Positions 27,566-42,504 of a stretch of 64,000 nucleotides of DNA are shown here, piece by piece. Under the pieces are notes generated by a model. The model saw only the letters and a program-made list of their open reading frames with translations, did not search any database and was not told the DNA's origin. Position 1 is the stretch's first letter. Every line of letters begins with the position of its first letter. Source of the DNA: Balanoglossus misakiensis. Its lineage: Eukaryota > Animalia > Hemichordata. The stretch spans positions 6,739,082-6,803,081 of the forward strand of contig CM082591.2 of the NCBI GenBank assembly GCA_040954595.2, in the 5' to 3' direction. Position numbers and translations under genes: made by a program.

Positions 27566-30475
27566 CGGTCATGTGTTACAGTCAATTACAGTGGGAGCAA
27601 CAGAAGCCGATGATGACCTCTGGGCGTCTTCAAATTACGGTCGTTGTGTTAAAATTCTTGCCCCAGGGGCCAACATCAGAAGTGCTAGCAACGCTGGTGA
27701 TGGAAGATATGCGCAAAGTAGTGGAACCTCGATGGCCACGCCCCATGTCTCTGGTAAGGGTATCTTAGTGTGTCCTACGGCAAAAGAAATTTAAAAGAAT
27801 TCGACCCTATTAAACATGTACAATTATTTATTTAAATCAAAGTGGACACTATTGCCTACCAGAAGTTACCAAATTATGGATAAATCTTGTGGGTTAATTG
27901 TTCCAAACCATCATGCAATACAAAGTTTGGTGGTTCTCTATCGGAATGTAATGTTCAGTACTGTGACTCTGGCTATTAATATGACACTGATTGTTGTGCA
28001 AAAATATCCCATTATGTTTGTTTTCAAACTGTGGCATGGCAACGGGGATCTTCAAGCTTGGTGAAATCATGACCACAAAATGCACACTGTATAGCACATG
28101 ACGTCATTGGTGAAGTCGACAGTTGAATATAAGTGCGTTAAACAAATTAATTGTGCTATAGACCCCATTCGACAGTACAACGTGTCTATAAGCGCGTGTG
28201 TTGATATGTTTTTCTCCTCAATATTTTCTTCAAAGGTGTTGCAGCCCTGCTTCTCGAAAAAGACAATGGTCTGACACAAAACGAGGTGTTAAATGCGTTG
28301 TTGAACGCTGCGGCGTCCAACAAAATCGATCTATCTGGCGTGCCCGCAGACCATCGTGGACAAACACCCAACGAACTTTTGCAGGTTCCAAATAGTGAGT
28401 TCACACATAGTTTTGTACGTTCTAAACCCGTGGTTAATACTTCAGGGAAGCCAGATCATCTCTCCAATGAGGTTACGTCACTCGGGTGAACATTCATAAT
28501 TACTGTGACATGTTTTGTTGAAAAGTTTTCACATGACGTTTATATGGGCCATATTGACTTTACGAGCTTACAATCATGCCGGTAATATAGACAGACGTAC
28601 TTACACAATGTTATTGAGCATCTATCGCAGCATACGATCCGTTATTTCGAGTCATTGAAAATGTAAGAAATGCTTAGGAGAATATTTGCTTGCCCTAAAG
28701 TCCTTGCCTCTAACAAAATTGAGATATACCTGATGGCAAGGAAAGGCAGACATATAGGCAGAGAGACTGATAGACACATAATTATTGATATCACTAAAGC
28801 ATTAACCCTTCTTTTCTAGAACAATTGGGATGTTCCATCGTCGACGGAATCGACCTTCGAGGTGCCCACGTTGCAACAGTGGCAAATGTTCAGAGCGCAG
28901 AAACATGCTGTGCCCATTGCCAAGGAAATTTGCAATGTACCTTTTGGACCTGGAGTGTCACAGGAAAGAATTGCTATATGAGAAGCAGTGTCACAGAGGT
29001 TGCTGAAATATGGTGGAATGTTGCCGGCGTTGTGTCCAGAGGTAAAAAAGCAATTATGTATCACCCATAACATATTTTCCTTCTAAAATAATGGTTCTCA
29101 TATAAATAGCTGTGTTTAACTGAAATATGTGTGCATATATCTATGTTTTGACGATCTCCATTTTATATAAAGGCGACTGCGTGGAATATATTGCATAATC
29201 ACATGTTTGCAGTACGGGCTAAGTATTGACCTCTTTGATCACCATGCTAAGAAGGAGTTTATAAAACATTTTTCTTTTATAGTAACACAGTATAAATTGA
29301 CACGAAAATAACGACAGACATGTGCAACCTGTCCCATTGACCGCGATATAGTTACCTACTACATTCTTCGAAATAATATTAAATATGCTAGAATGTAAAT
29401 ATTTAAAGTTTCATGGAGCGATATATCTTTTGTTATGATACAATATTGTTTTGTCATAATTCGTTTGTGGACTGCATAAAAAATAATTTAGAATGACGAA
29501 TATAAGAAACTTTGATACAATTTAGCTTTCTCAATCGACACTTTGTGCGGTGACCCCAATTGTTAATGTCAAGTTCAGGAGAGGTTATACGAAAAGTTGA
29601 ACCATCACTTCTTCAATGGGTATAGACAAATATAAGGATTATGTTGATATTACACTATTAGGATTAAACTTGTTATATATTTTTTTATTAACATTCATTT
29701 CTTTGTTCTAGCCCCATTTGACTGTACTCCCATCATGGGAACTGACCTGCGAGGTGCCACCATTAGAACAGTACCAAACATACAGTCATCAGACCAATGC
29801 TGTGCACTGTGTCAAGCAGAAGGTCATTGTACCAATTGGACCTGGAGCGTCTCAGGAAAGAACTGTTACATAAGAAGCAGCGTCACAGAAGTTGCTGACA
29901 TATGGTGGAATGTGGCTGGTTATGTGTCCCGAGGTAAGAAGCGACTTTGATAACTGGGGTATTTTATGTAATGAAGTGCGATGTGTTGTTAACATTTCAC
30001 CTATAATCGATATTCTGATAAGTAACATCATATGTATGACCAAATATCCCCAGAAGAGCCCTCCGAGATACCAGAAATTGTCATGAATTGGAAATCACCA
30101 AATGCTCGATATGAGTTGATTTGCCGTTTTTGTTTGGAGTTGATTATGTACATTGATCAGTGGTTGGATGGATAAATAATAGTGTTTGATGGAGCAAGTT
30201 TAATTGGATGGAAGAGGGACTGTCTAGTGTTTGATGGAGCAAGTTTAAGATAATATATAGATATAGAAAATAAAGATTGTGACAGACTGACTGACTGCTG
30301 ACTGACTATCAGACTGATTATTTATATTAATGTTTGACAGATTGATTGAATGCTTGGTTGATTAATTGATGGATGGAAGGATGGATGTATGGATGGATGG
30401 ATGAACTGATCTTACTTCATTTCTTTAAAATATTCCTAATATATCTTTCATTTTGTCCTGTTTTATCCAGCATAA
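24414..30475 (+). CDS. Secreted proteinase K/aqualysin-like serine protease (S8A) with two PAN/apple domains, copy C (569 aa)
   Basis: Exons 24414-24623, 24781-24930, 25272-25401, 25733-25845, 26257-26398, 26560-26744, 27582-27753, 28236-28394, 28820-29041, 29712-29933, 30471-30475. All GT-AG, catalytic triad intact, AATAAA at 30599. Confidence 0.92.
24965..25241. repeat. Compound (TATG)n/(TG)n microsatellite in intron 2 of C
   Basis: Directly visible. Confidence 0.97.
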
Positions 30476-33400
30476 TGTACCTTGGAACCACTTTACCCAG
30501 GGAAACGTGAGAAGACTATACGCCCATTCTGAACATTTTCATTGGTTGCGGGTTTCCTTGATAATGCCGAATTACATGTAATCAAGAATGATTAACTGAA
30601 TAAAATATCTATCTAAGCATATGGTGGTCTGAAGTTATTTGTATGAGAAGTAAAGCAAGTGAAAATAGAGACACAAAATCTTGATGGATAAATTGATGGA
30701 CTGATTGGTATTTATGTGGGTGTATCAATGCATGGACGGGCAACATGTGGATTCGACTCACTTGCCTGTTGTGTGTACAGCTTATGAGGGATTCCGAAAA
30801 AGCAGTAGTGCAATATACGACTTTTCCAACTCTGGGAAATAATCGTCAAGCAGATCTTAACACGAATTTTGACTCAAATGGTGAATATATTGTTAACAGA
30901 AGACTGGTTTCGTCTCAAATTGAATAAATTGCAAACTGACCCCATACAGCTAGACTACATGCAATGCTTTAAAGATGTCGCCATGACGCATTGCACGTCC
31001 CAAAATACTCTCAATTAAAAATTCTATGAATATTACATTTTCAAAAGCTTGCAGTCGAAAACACAAGCCTGTTAGACTGACGTGTAGATACAATATTGTT
31101 ATTAAAAGAATTTTTAAATTCAATTTTGCGTCCAATTTTATTCATCATATGTCCCGTGTCTACCAGCATCCATGTATGTGTGTATCTATGTTCAAACAAT
31201 TTTGTAAAACAATTTATTGTGCAATCACTGCGTGTCTCGGCTTTGGTGTCACCCAATCTACCAGAGACATTTTTGTGATATAAATAGCTTGTTATTATTT
31301 ATCAGCAAAGAAAGACATTTTAGAGTCAGATCTGGGGTCTCCTCACTGTGAACTGAAATAATATTCAATTGTGAGAGATTTTAAAATTTGTAGCATGTTT
31401 GTTTTAAAGGTATCACTCTTAATAATAATAATCTGAATAAATTGTAAACCTACCTCATACAGATAGACTACGTGCAATACTAGAGTATATCAAAGCAATC
31501 AGTTAAGAGGGTACCGAGAAGAAGGTGGTTGAAGATTTTGTGACCAAAACAAAAAGTATCCCAAAGATGCATTACTGCAGATTTCATCAGGATTACAACA
31601 CATTTGACTGACATCAGACAGAGTGAATAGTCGAAGCTGCAGGGACATCAACTTTTCAAAAGGTAATTGCAGACTGACGTGTAGATGCGATGTCGTTATT
31701 AAAAAGAGTATTTTTAAATTCAATTTTGGATCTAATTAAGTAACTTAAAATGTTCTTCATATGCCCCGTGTCTACCAGCATATATGTATCTATCAACATT
31801 TGTAAAACCATTTACTGAGCAATATCTGCAATGGTGTCACCCAATCTACCAGAGACATATTTGTGATATGAATAGCTTGTTATTATCTATCAGCAAAGAA
31901 AAACAAAACAATGTTAGAAATGTTGAGTTTTATTTCTGATAATTTATCGACAATGTTGCTTTACCAATGACTGTACATGTACTAGTATTTGCATAATGTT
32001 AATCATGATCTCACTGTACGGCGCCCTCATGAAGCAAAGAGGTGCTACTGTTCTCTTTGCTAACCGGCTGCTATGAGTAGGTTGGTAACTTTTTGTCGCT
32101 CTTTGAAATCGCTCATGAAAGTGTTTAATCGTAGACATCCACTTATATTATTGAGATGTAAATACGTATTAGTGTCTCAAGAACAGTCGACTATAATATT
32201 TTAGAAGAATGTTCATGGTTTTGTGAGTTTTTGAACATTTATTCGTGAAAAGTATCATGAACAGTTACATGCGTTATGGTGTACTGCCATGATGGTCAAA
32301 CAATACTTGGACATTATTGTTATCGCGAGCCTGTTTGAAAGTTGTGAATATTGGATTAAAACAGTATTTCATGCGTCACAGCATTTTCTGTCATAAAGCT
32401 ACATGCATGCTTTGTATTTTTTCTTTCGGTTTTGTGAATAAGTATTGTAAAACTTGGTTGCTATGAGTAGCCAGGTACGAATGATGGAGCCGCTGACCAA
32501 AGTAATGAAGATACATAATGTGTGTCGGTTCAGTGTATAGGTCGATGTATAGCTGTTTCCCCTGAATGACTAGGTGTGAAGCCAAAGTACACAATACAAT
32601 TCCCAACAACAACAACAACAACAACGACAATAACATGGGGGTGCCCTCAGCTTGATTTCCACCATCAATAAACTGATACGTGTATAATAGTAGGAACGGC
32701 AATATTTGTCATCGCACAATTCTCTTCAGTTCTTGTCAAATTTTGTTCCAAAATATTTTAAAGCGGGTAGATCGTCAAGTTTTTATCCTTTTGTATAGCG
32801 ATTGAATTATCATTCTTCGCTAGATTTCATGAAACGTACGTAGATTGCATTGGTATAGACGCGATTGGATAGTAGTTTGGGCATAGTAGAAACTGTTCAT
32901 GTGACATTTTCCCGCGCTATCCTTATATGGTAGTTAGTTTGATACATTTGTGAGTTTCTATTGGCTGACATGCCTTGTTTTCGCGGTAAGTTTAGAGAGA
33001 GAGAGAGAGAGGAGGTGGAGGCCGTAATGGCGAAGTAGTTGTCGCGTTGAGGGAGACATTAGAAGAAAGGGAAGGATACTCGAGCACGGACTACGAGAGC
33101 CGTTTAGCGTGTCGAGCGCTGCTCTCCGAAGCTCGTATTTGCCTTCCGACTGGGACTTCCGATATAGGGACTGAAAGGGGGGGCTTGAAAACTTTGACGG
33201 CTCAATATTTATTTTGAGTCAACAAAAATGCAGTTTCGCGTCCTTTATTTTACAAAATTTTCTAATGTGGGAGGGGGACACCCCCTCCCACACCCACCCC
33301 CTCCATTCATCAACACCTTTCAATCATTGACTGGTTTATCTAGTGTCCTAGGTCAGGGGACTTGCCCCCACCCCATGATAACTTTGAGCGGCGACGTTAA

Positions 33401-34838
33401 TTTGCTTTTGCTGGGTTCATTAAAATGCAGCTTTGAGCTCTGTATTTTATAAAATTTTCTTACGTCGGAGGGGGACACCCCCTCCCAAACCCACCCCCTT
33501 CAATTCTCGGTTTACAATGTCTCCCAACACAGAATACAAATACTTAAAAAATAAAAACAATGTTCAGTAGACATGTACATGAACAGACATAAATTGACAA
33601 CAGAGAAAAAGATGCTGAAAAAAGACAAACTGAAAATAGTTGAAGCGCACATTGGCCGGAAACTGTGTCAAACAACTCTGGAAAGTCTCAGAGTAAACCA
33701 TGAGAGGGACAAAGAGGAGGATGAGCAGGAGGATGAAGAGGATGACTTGGACGAGGACAGTGAACCAGAAGATGAACATGTAGTGATAGGTGAACTAGGT
33801 GATTCAGCGGAAAGTGACTCAGAAAGTGATAGCGGCGACATTGAAAATGAACTCTTTCACGTAACAAGATCAGGCAGACAATGCACTACTTGGAAATCAA
33901 GGAACTAGGTTTCATGGTTGATTATGTGGTATGTCGAACATACACCAATATCTGACAAAGTTTGATAAGTTTAATCCGGTGGATAAACTTTTTTTTTTGG
34001 GGGGGGGGGTCACATTTTAGAAATGTAATTTCCAGGGGGGGTCGCCTTTTACATTTAGTTGGCGACTCAAATTCCACCGCCCCCCCCCCCCCTCCCTGTA
34101 AAAAACGAATGCTCCCTAACGGTGATCGGTCCACGGGGTTTGTTTTGCAGACGGAAATTCTAGTCGAAATTACTGGACCGCAAGCCAATAGCTCTTTTTT
34201 TGGCAACGTTGAGTCAGCAGCGGGAACCTTAATGACCTGTTATCAGTATTCTCTATTCCAACCTGACAACGTGACCTGTCAAGTTGAAGGACGAAGTCGC
34301 CATCTGTTGCCGCCATGTTGGTTACATGAGAAGTCATGTTGCTTGCTGAAAAATTTGTTGGTTGGACGTAAAAAGCTATACTCCATTTGCGTACCAGTGA
34401 AAAACATAAATATCTCTATATGCAGTTTCTGCCATGTCAATATACATGTGTCTATATAATGTCGCCAAATGTTCAAAATGCTATAATTTGATAAAGTCCA
34501 CTTGGCTCTACATGAGAAGACAATTTTTTTTAAAAGAGCGAAGACTCAATCAAGGTCGTCAGAGAAGAAGAGGCGCGCCCTCTACCTAGTTGTTCTCGTT
34601 CTGCTGTTGTCACGCCAACCCGTCTCTATATATATATGTCAGTGTCATACACTCTACCTTTCATGAATAAAACTTTAGACCAATCATATGCTTACATAGA
34701 TATTTTATTCGTTTAACAGTTCAAGATTACATGCAATTCACTATCATAAAAGAAAACCGCAACCAAATAAAACGTTCAGAATAGTGACGAAGGTATAGTC
34801 TTCTCACGTTTCCCTGGGTAAAGTGGTTCCAAGATAAG

Positions 34839-34960
34839 TTATTCTGGATATAAGACGTAAAAAATGAAGAAGTATTAGTATAAGGTCAGTCCATCCATCC
34901 ATCCATCTGACTGTCCATCCATCCATCCATCCATCCATCCATCCATCCATCCATCCATCC

Positions 34961-35006
<46 letters not shown>

Positions 35007-38000
35007 CAAACAAACTAGTCAGCCAAAGTAAGTCAGTCTCTCAGTCAGTTGAACGATCTAGCTGTCTATTCTCTGTCTATTATCTTAAACTTGCTTCATG
35101 AATAACTAGACAGTCCCTCTTCCACCGATTTCATCATCCAGTCAACCAACGATCAATCTACTGAATCGACTCCAACCAAAAACCGCCATTCTGAGCATGT
35201 CGATCATTTGGTGATTTGGAATCATGACATCTTCTGGTATGTTCACATTAAAAGTATGATTGTTATTCTTGTTTATTTTATAAGCATTTGTCATATTTTC
35301 GTTTCACTTTGGATACTGATATACTAGCGTTTATCATTATTTCAATGCATAATATTTTGGATTAATTTAATCCAACTAAATATGATTTTTTGTAATTCAG
35401 TGATTAAAACACAAATATTAAAACAAACTATTAGAATTGTCGCTTCTTACCTCGGGACACATAACCAGCCACATTCCACCATATGTCAGCAACTTCTGTG
35501 ACGCTGCTTCTCAAATAGCAGTCCTTTCCTGAGACGCTCCAGGTCCAATTGGTACATTGACCTTCTGCTTGACACAGTGCACAGCATTGGTCTGATGTCT
35601 GTATGTTTGGCACTGTTCTAATGGTGGCACCTTGAAGGTCTGTTCCCATGATAGGAGTACAGTCAATAGGGTCTAGAAAAAAAACGAAAATACATTATTA
35701 ATAACAAACAAACAAATGATCGAACGAACGAACGAACGAACAAACAAACAAACAAACAAACAAGTATAATCATAATATTGTAATATCAACCTAAAACGTT
35801 AGTTGCAAATACGTACTGAAGAAGTGATATTGGCTTTAATACTTGTGAAGCATGGAGAGAATATATTTCTGTGGTTTAGCCATGCAGCATGGATTAATTT
35901 CACGTGGGAGAAATTGCAGTGATAGCGTCGCCCACGACGAAAAAAATACAAGCACAAGCTCCTGTCTAAAAAATAAAACCGTTTTTGTCAGTCGTCACCT
36001 GGCTACTTGCCAGTAGAGTGTGTTTCTTTGACTACAGCAGTGACACATTCCCACATTAACTCAGCCAAACCGGGCTTGGTCAACGAAGTAACTGTGTATT
36101 TATTCGGAACGTGACCTTACATTTGTCATTCAACGTTGTTGTTTTTTATGCAGTTCGCAGACGAATTATGACAAAAAATTACTTTATCAGAACAAAAAAT
36201 GCTCCGTTTTATAAAACTTTAAAGCCCCACTCTCTTTGAAATTTCGTATTTTCCCCCATTGTATGGTTCTAAATAAAAATATACTTATTTTGACATTCCA
36301 GCAAATTTAATAATTATTATATCAAAGACTTTTAAGGTAATTGTATTCACACACTTATTTCGGTTAAATATAATATTTATACGATGGTCGTTTTTATAAT
36401 AGATATATTTAAGGACGACATGTTAATGCTTTTTACCTCTGGACACAATTCCAGCCTCATTCCATGAAATTTCAGCAATTTCTGTGACACTGCTTCTCAA
36501 ATAGCAATTGGTGGTTGTGCTCCAGGTCCAAAAGGTACATTGCAAATTTGCTTTGCAATGGACACAGCATGTTTCTGCGTTCGGAACGTTTTCCACTGTT
36601 GCAACGTCGGCGCCTCGAAAGTCTCTTCCCGCGACGGTGGAACATGTTGATCCCAATAGTTCTAGAAAAAAAAATGTTAATTTTTTAATTATTAGTTCCC
36701 CAAAATGCAAAATCGACAGATAAAAATGTACCTACTATATATGTGTAGTTTGTTTTAACGGCTGTCACGCTTGCAAAGAACATACACTACATGGAATAAA
36801 TCTTCGTTGGGATGCATCGCCCAACTATGACGAAAATTAATGTAGACACTATTAATTTAATTCACACAAACACCTGCTTTAGTTGACGGATGGGCAAAAT
36901 ATTTTCTCCATGACTACAAACGATAGTAATAGTGACAAAAATCTTAAAACAAAATTCAAGAATTCCCTATTTTTATTTGCAATGGCTGCGCATTATCGCT
37001 CACCCTCCGTTTAGAACGCATATGTTAGGCGCATTCAAATTGAAATCCTATTTTTGACAACCAATTAAAAATGGCGCATATAAAACTTTGAGCATCGTAA
37101 ATTGTCTTATTTCAAATAAACATGTACGCGCATATTCGTTTACTACCAATGTACTCACATGTGTAAGGCGCATTCAAATTGAAATCCTATTTTTGACAAC
37201 CAATTAAAAATTGGGCAAATAAAACTTTGAGCATCGTAAATTGTCTTATTTAAAATTAACATGTACGCGCATATTCGTTTACTACCCATGTACTCGTCTT
37301 GTTTACATTTCACTCCATTAAGATTTTTTTAATCCATGGTGCATTGCGGCCACTCAGTATTTCGACGTACCATCGTCACAAGGGTTGTTTACCAATATGT
37401 CATATTTTCGATGGTGTTAAAACGCTGTTTATTTCGAATAGGGCCGAAAAGCACTTTGTCAACACAGCGAAGAGTTTAAAAATTGATAATTATCCTAATT
37501 TCTATTTCAAAGAATACATTGAAACATTGACTGGTAACAATGTATGACGGATTCAATAATGTTTCTAACGTATTATATGAACAGGGTTTTTACAAGTGGC
37601 TTCTGATATAGTCGAAACATAGATCTTCAGTCTCTGTCATTGGCTTGAGACTGTAGTTAACACACCCTTCGCCCTTAGTCATTAAATATCCGTGTAATCG
37701 TTTCAGTTACATTCTTTTCTCAAATTACTTACACCCCTAATGTAAATAACACCAAGTTTACAGCCAGCATACGCTGTAATGTCACTAGGCTTCTCCTCAA
37801 GCTTTGGGCGCATAATAAAATTCAGGAATTTCATGAAACAAATACATTTGACACACTCAATAACCAAACGAAATACTCTTCTATGTTTTATCGCAAAGCA
37901 ACACTGCCTCCTCTAGTGTAGTCCAGCATGTGTTAAAGCCAACTGTACATGTGTCTATCATGTGGCCCATGTAAACGTCACGTAAAGACTTTTCAACATG

Positions 38001-41000
38001 ACACGTCTCAATCTGTATGAGTAGTAACCGTCGTTGCTATTCAAACGATAAAACATTATTTAAAAGCTGATCTGGCTTCCCTAAACTATTAATCGCTTGT
38101 TTAGAACTTTCGAAACAATGTGAGAACTTACGGTTTGGAATCTGCAGAAGTTCGTTGGGTGTTTGTCCACGATGGGGCTCGGGTACTCCAGACAGATCGA
38201 TTTTGTTGGACGCTGCAGCGTTCAGCAACACATCTAACACCTCGTCTCGTGTAAGCGCGTTGTCTTGTTCGAGTATTAGGGCTGCAACACCTGGAGGAAA
38301 GTATAGAGAAAAAAAGTAAAAAAAAACTCCTCCAATCACGATTATCGCATGTTAGGTCTAGCACAATTTGGTTTTCTCCTTCCTAACACTCTTATCAGTC
38401 CGGGTAATGTCTTAGGAAGGCATAGTAGGATTGACCAATCGGCGATCGCCATTGTGATACGTCATGAATATTTAATCACCCGAGTTTATCACAATTTGTG
38501 CGAAACTTCTACGGTGATTTTCGGTGATTTTTGACCCTTTACTCTGACGCATTAGGCATTTTGGCTATGTAAACACACGATTGAATGATTAACTCGCAAT
38601 CATTATACATGTACATAACCTGGTAACTTATGATGGCTTATATTAATTCACTTCAATTTAAATGAATAATTGAATGTGTTTAAAAGGGTCACATTCTTTC
38701 AAATTCCTTGCCATAGTACATATTAAAATACACTTACCAGAGACATGGGGTGTGGCCATCGAGGTTCCACTCAGTGATACGTAGTCTCCGTCACCAGTGT
38801 TGCTAGCACTTCTGATGTTGTCCCCTGGGGCAAGAATGTTGACACAACGACCGTAATTTGAAGACGCCCGGAGGCCATCATCGGCGTCTGTAGCTCCCAC
38901 TGTAATTGCCTGTAAGACATGACGGTGGATGATGACTATGATGATGATGATGATCTTCAATAGAGCAAGTGGTATAGTTTAAGATGTCTAGCCCGATGGC
39001 AACCATCTGCAATGTATGGGGTTGATTAATATATCAGACACATGCAAACAGTTATCACCACTAATAATGCAAAAACCTTGCCCTTAAATTGCGTAATTTA
39101 CCAAATTTCAAACTAATTAATTTATTTGTGTGTACGTGTCACACGGATACTTATACGTTAGATTAAGTTATACGTTTTGATGAGAAGTGTGAATTTTCAT
39201 CAGAACCTTTATTTCCAATTAATGTTGATATTTACGTTCGAGGGAAATTCCTATATCATGTGTTTAGCATGTAGCTCATATCATCTAGATATATCATACA
39301 CAAAATCACCACTTTTCAAACAGCAAAGCTGACCTTTTTGGTGGAGCGCGCACACACATTAAATTGCACAACAAATGACTTTATGCAAGAATTCCCTGTA
39401 TTATTGATATCACAAAAACGTCTAAAACCGGGACTTTGTCCCTTAAGATAGTTACAACTGTAACAACGTAAAATGCCAGATTAATGCTTATCATAAATGA
39501 TACGCATATGCGCATAAATATTTTATGCTTGCACTTTTTTACGCGACGTGCCTTAACACAGATGTACGCGCCTGTCCAGGAAGCTGACAATACATGGCTA
39601 AACCATGTCGAATTTTTAGCATAATTGCTCATAATTCAGCGTGTAACGCCGGGAACACACAGACCTGCACGCAGAGCTAAATTCAGGGCATGCCATTTGC
39701 TGTTATCACTGTTCAAATAACATACCTCAGGCGCCGATGCTGGTGACTTCAAACATGCGTCAAATGCGTCGTTTCCAGCGGAAACAATCATGACATATCC
39801 AGCAGCAGTCAAACGCTGAACTGCCAAATTCAGAGCTTCGGAAACTCTACCGCTCATTGACATAGAAACCACTCCAGGCAACATGTTCGAAGCAGCGACG
39901 TCATCCATAGCTTTCATGAAGAAAATGATTAGAAACGGAACGTTGGAAAGCTTATGTGCAAATATCTAGTCATAATTGTTTCTATTTAAACGAACAAATC
40001 TTCAACAACATGACATTCTGGGTTATTGTATAGTTACTTGAATCAGCTGGTCTCACCTCCAAGAAGGGCAGCGAATGAACCCGTACCGTCGCAATCCGAG
40101 ACTCGCACTGAGTGTAAAGTAACACCAGGTGCAACGCCAACAGTGTTTCCTCCTATTGTACCTGCCACGTGAGTACCATGGTTAAAACAGTCGCCTCCCT
40201 GTTAAGAAGTAACGATCGCATGAATTGTGACTGTTAACCAGATGGCTGAAGTGAAACATGAGTGAAATGTAACATTTCTCCACGACAACCTATCTGTATT
40301 CGGTAGACTGTTGTACACACCACACACAAACACAATATGTTGACTAATTTTGACAATGGATACTAAGGTTTGAGCTGCACGTAACCATACTGACAATCGA
40401 TTTGTTCAAAAGCCCAGTTGATATGAATCACATTAATAATTTACACTGAAAATCACAAAAGATCTGACAGGAAACATCGTCAATAATGTGCTCTGTAATT
40501 TACAGCATACTGCTTATTCATTTATTTAGCTTAGAAATCACATGCCATTGGCTAAAGTTGGGAGTTCAATAATTGGTACTTCGTTTTTATTGTGTGTGTT
40601 AAATTTGGTAACAGCGATATTGATACTTAATATTATATTATAAACAAAACTTGCATTCAATCCGTCTCCGATGGTATCTGTGAATGGAACTGCTCGCCCA
40701 CCAAACTCGTTGTGAGTAAAACGTATACCAGTATCAATAACAAAGACATTGACACCACTACCATCCCCTGCGTAGGACAGAAACTTAACACGTAATGTTG
40801 TTCTAGATGAATTTTTGTTTAGCCGTGAATTTGGTTTAACAATTCCAATGGCGGAATTTAAAATGACAGTCAAACTCCTTAGTTATGTACATTCGATTGA
40901 TTCGATTGCCAGTATTGTCAGCTTTCTGTTTAAGAAATATCAGAACATTAAAGGTTGGTTTTAAGGTAATGCCTAACATATAACACATGCATCATTTTGC

Positions 41001-41259
41001 GAATAATAGTTTCCGATGGAAGGTCGATTTCATAAAAACCTGCACTGCCTTCATGTTTGGTATGCTTTTCAAAAAAAGTGCCAAATGTCTTACCATATGG
41101 GTACGGGGAATAGAGATCGTCCAAAGGTAGGTCGGGCTGATCAATCCTGTCCAAACCCCATTCCTCATCTACATGGAATACTTCGTCTTCTTCTACAAAG
41201 TCGACCTCATCTAGCCAACGGAGCTGTAGAAGATAGTAAATATAGATTTTAACATACAA

Positions 41260-41350
<91 letters not shown>

Positions 41351-41972
41351 TACATACATACATACATACATACATACATACATACATACATACATACATA
41401 CATACGACAGTAGCACAAAAATATATACATACAATATCGACTGCGTCTCCAGGAACTCTTGCAACAAAACCTTTCATCAGTTTAGTCATATTTATTTGAA
41501 ATTCAATATGCAATCCATTTTCTTCAGAAAGCGCTTGGAATTTTTCTTCGAATTGTGTCAACTCGTCATCGGTAAGGTCGTCCTGAATAGAAACAGAAAA
41601 AGCACCCATAAAACACCCGTCACGTCGCCAGGTATTTTATCCAGGCACAACCCACAAAAGTTAATGTTCATGACATTAACTGGTATTTTTCCCAGTTGTT
41701 TTCATGATCGGTCAAGTATTCCAACTGCAATAACACAAATACCCATCCCAACATATATTTACCCTCAGCTTCACAATGTACTCGTCGTCTATTTTCCCAT
41801 CTATGGCGTGAAGCAATGGGGCTTGACTATCACGTTTCACGAAGCTCGGACGCAGCGCACGGATTCTTCGCTCTTCCTCCATCTGCCTTGTATTCTTGCC
41901 AGCAGCTGTGCTCTGTGCCGCAATCAATACTAATATGCAGAACCAAATCGCTACTGGGTGCGACGAGATCAT
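34839..41972 (-). CDS. Secreted proteinase K/aqualysin-like serine protease (S8A) with two PAN/apple domains, diverged copy D (570 aa)
   Basis: Exons 41972-41763, 41582-41433, 41223-41094, 40767-40655, 40198-40057, 39910-39726, 38909-38738, 38290-38132, 36661-36437, 35672-35451, 34843-34839. Motifs [26 protein letters not shown]. The intron 4 donor is GCAAGT. AATAAA at 34709-34704. Confidence 0.88.
34889..35014. repeat. (CCAT)n-(CAAT)n-(CAAA)n compound microsatellite in the last intron of D
   Basis: Directly visible. Confidence 0.95.
37027..37296. repeat. ~139-bp tandem duplication in intron 8 of D
   Basis: AGGCGCATTCAAATTGAAATCC...ATGTACTC starts at 37027 and again at 37166. Confidence 0.85.
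41252..41405. repeat. (CATA)n/(CA)n microsatellite in intron 2 of D
   Basis: Directly visible. Confidence 0.97.
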
Positions 41973-42400
41973 GGTCGTCTGAAATGCATCATGGAGAAAA
42001 TAAAGAATTTAGCTAATTAATATTTCCTATCTAAGTCGGTTTGTCTGTTATAAACGAGCGAAATTTGTAAGTCTCATTTCACCTCGCCATGACTTTCAAA
42101 GTGGACGATTTTTCTATTGGTTTATACCAATGTCTGGAAACTCTCAGAATCAAATCCTTCATGAATAAATAGGTGAATATCATATGCCATGGGTGCATAT
42201 TGGTTTGGTCTTGACGCTTGTTTTACATCTGTAGTTTTCGTTGGAACTTATGAACAGCCAGTTAATCTTGGTTTGCCTCTACAACTTGAAAAAAAAGTTG
42301 CCTTAAGTCAGGTAATTACTGGTGTATTTTTCTACCAATAGAAACAAGCTGGTGACTGTATGTTTGGCAAGTACATCAAAGTTACAAGTCTCATACATAC

Positions 42401-42504
42401 CTTAGTGCTGTAGTTTAACAGTCGATGCAGGCGAGCCAATGAGCTTGTCACTGGTGGCGAAGTGAAAACGTCTAACAACTGTTCCCTCTATACACTGACT
42501 TATA
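42401..42504 (-). promoter_or_regulatory. Putative TATA box, initiator and 5' UTR exon of copy D
   Basis: TATAAG at 42504-42499, ACAGTT ~23 nt downstream, donor CTAAG|GTATGT at 42401, TTTCAG acceptor 6 nt before ATG 41972. Confidence 0.6.

Larger units (their letters stand above)
20404..32992 (+). repeat. Segmental tandem duplication, unit 2 (contains gene C)
   Basis: Colinear and near-identical to 7191-20403 apart from microsatellite lengths, a ~0.3 kb deletion before the (TATG)n tract and a diverged patch around exons 7-8. Confidence 0.92.
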
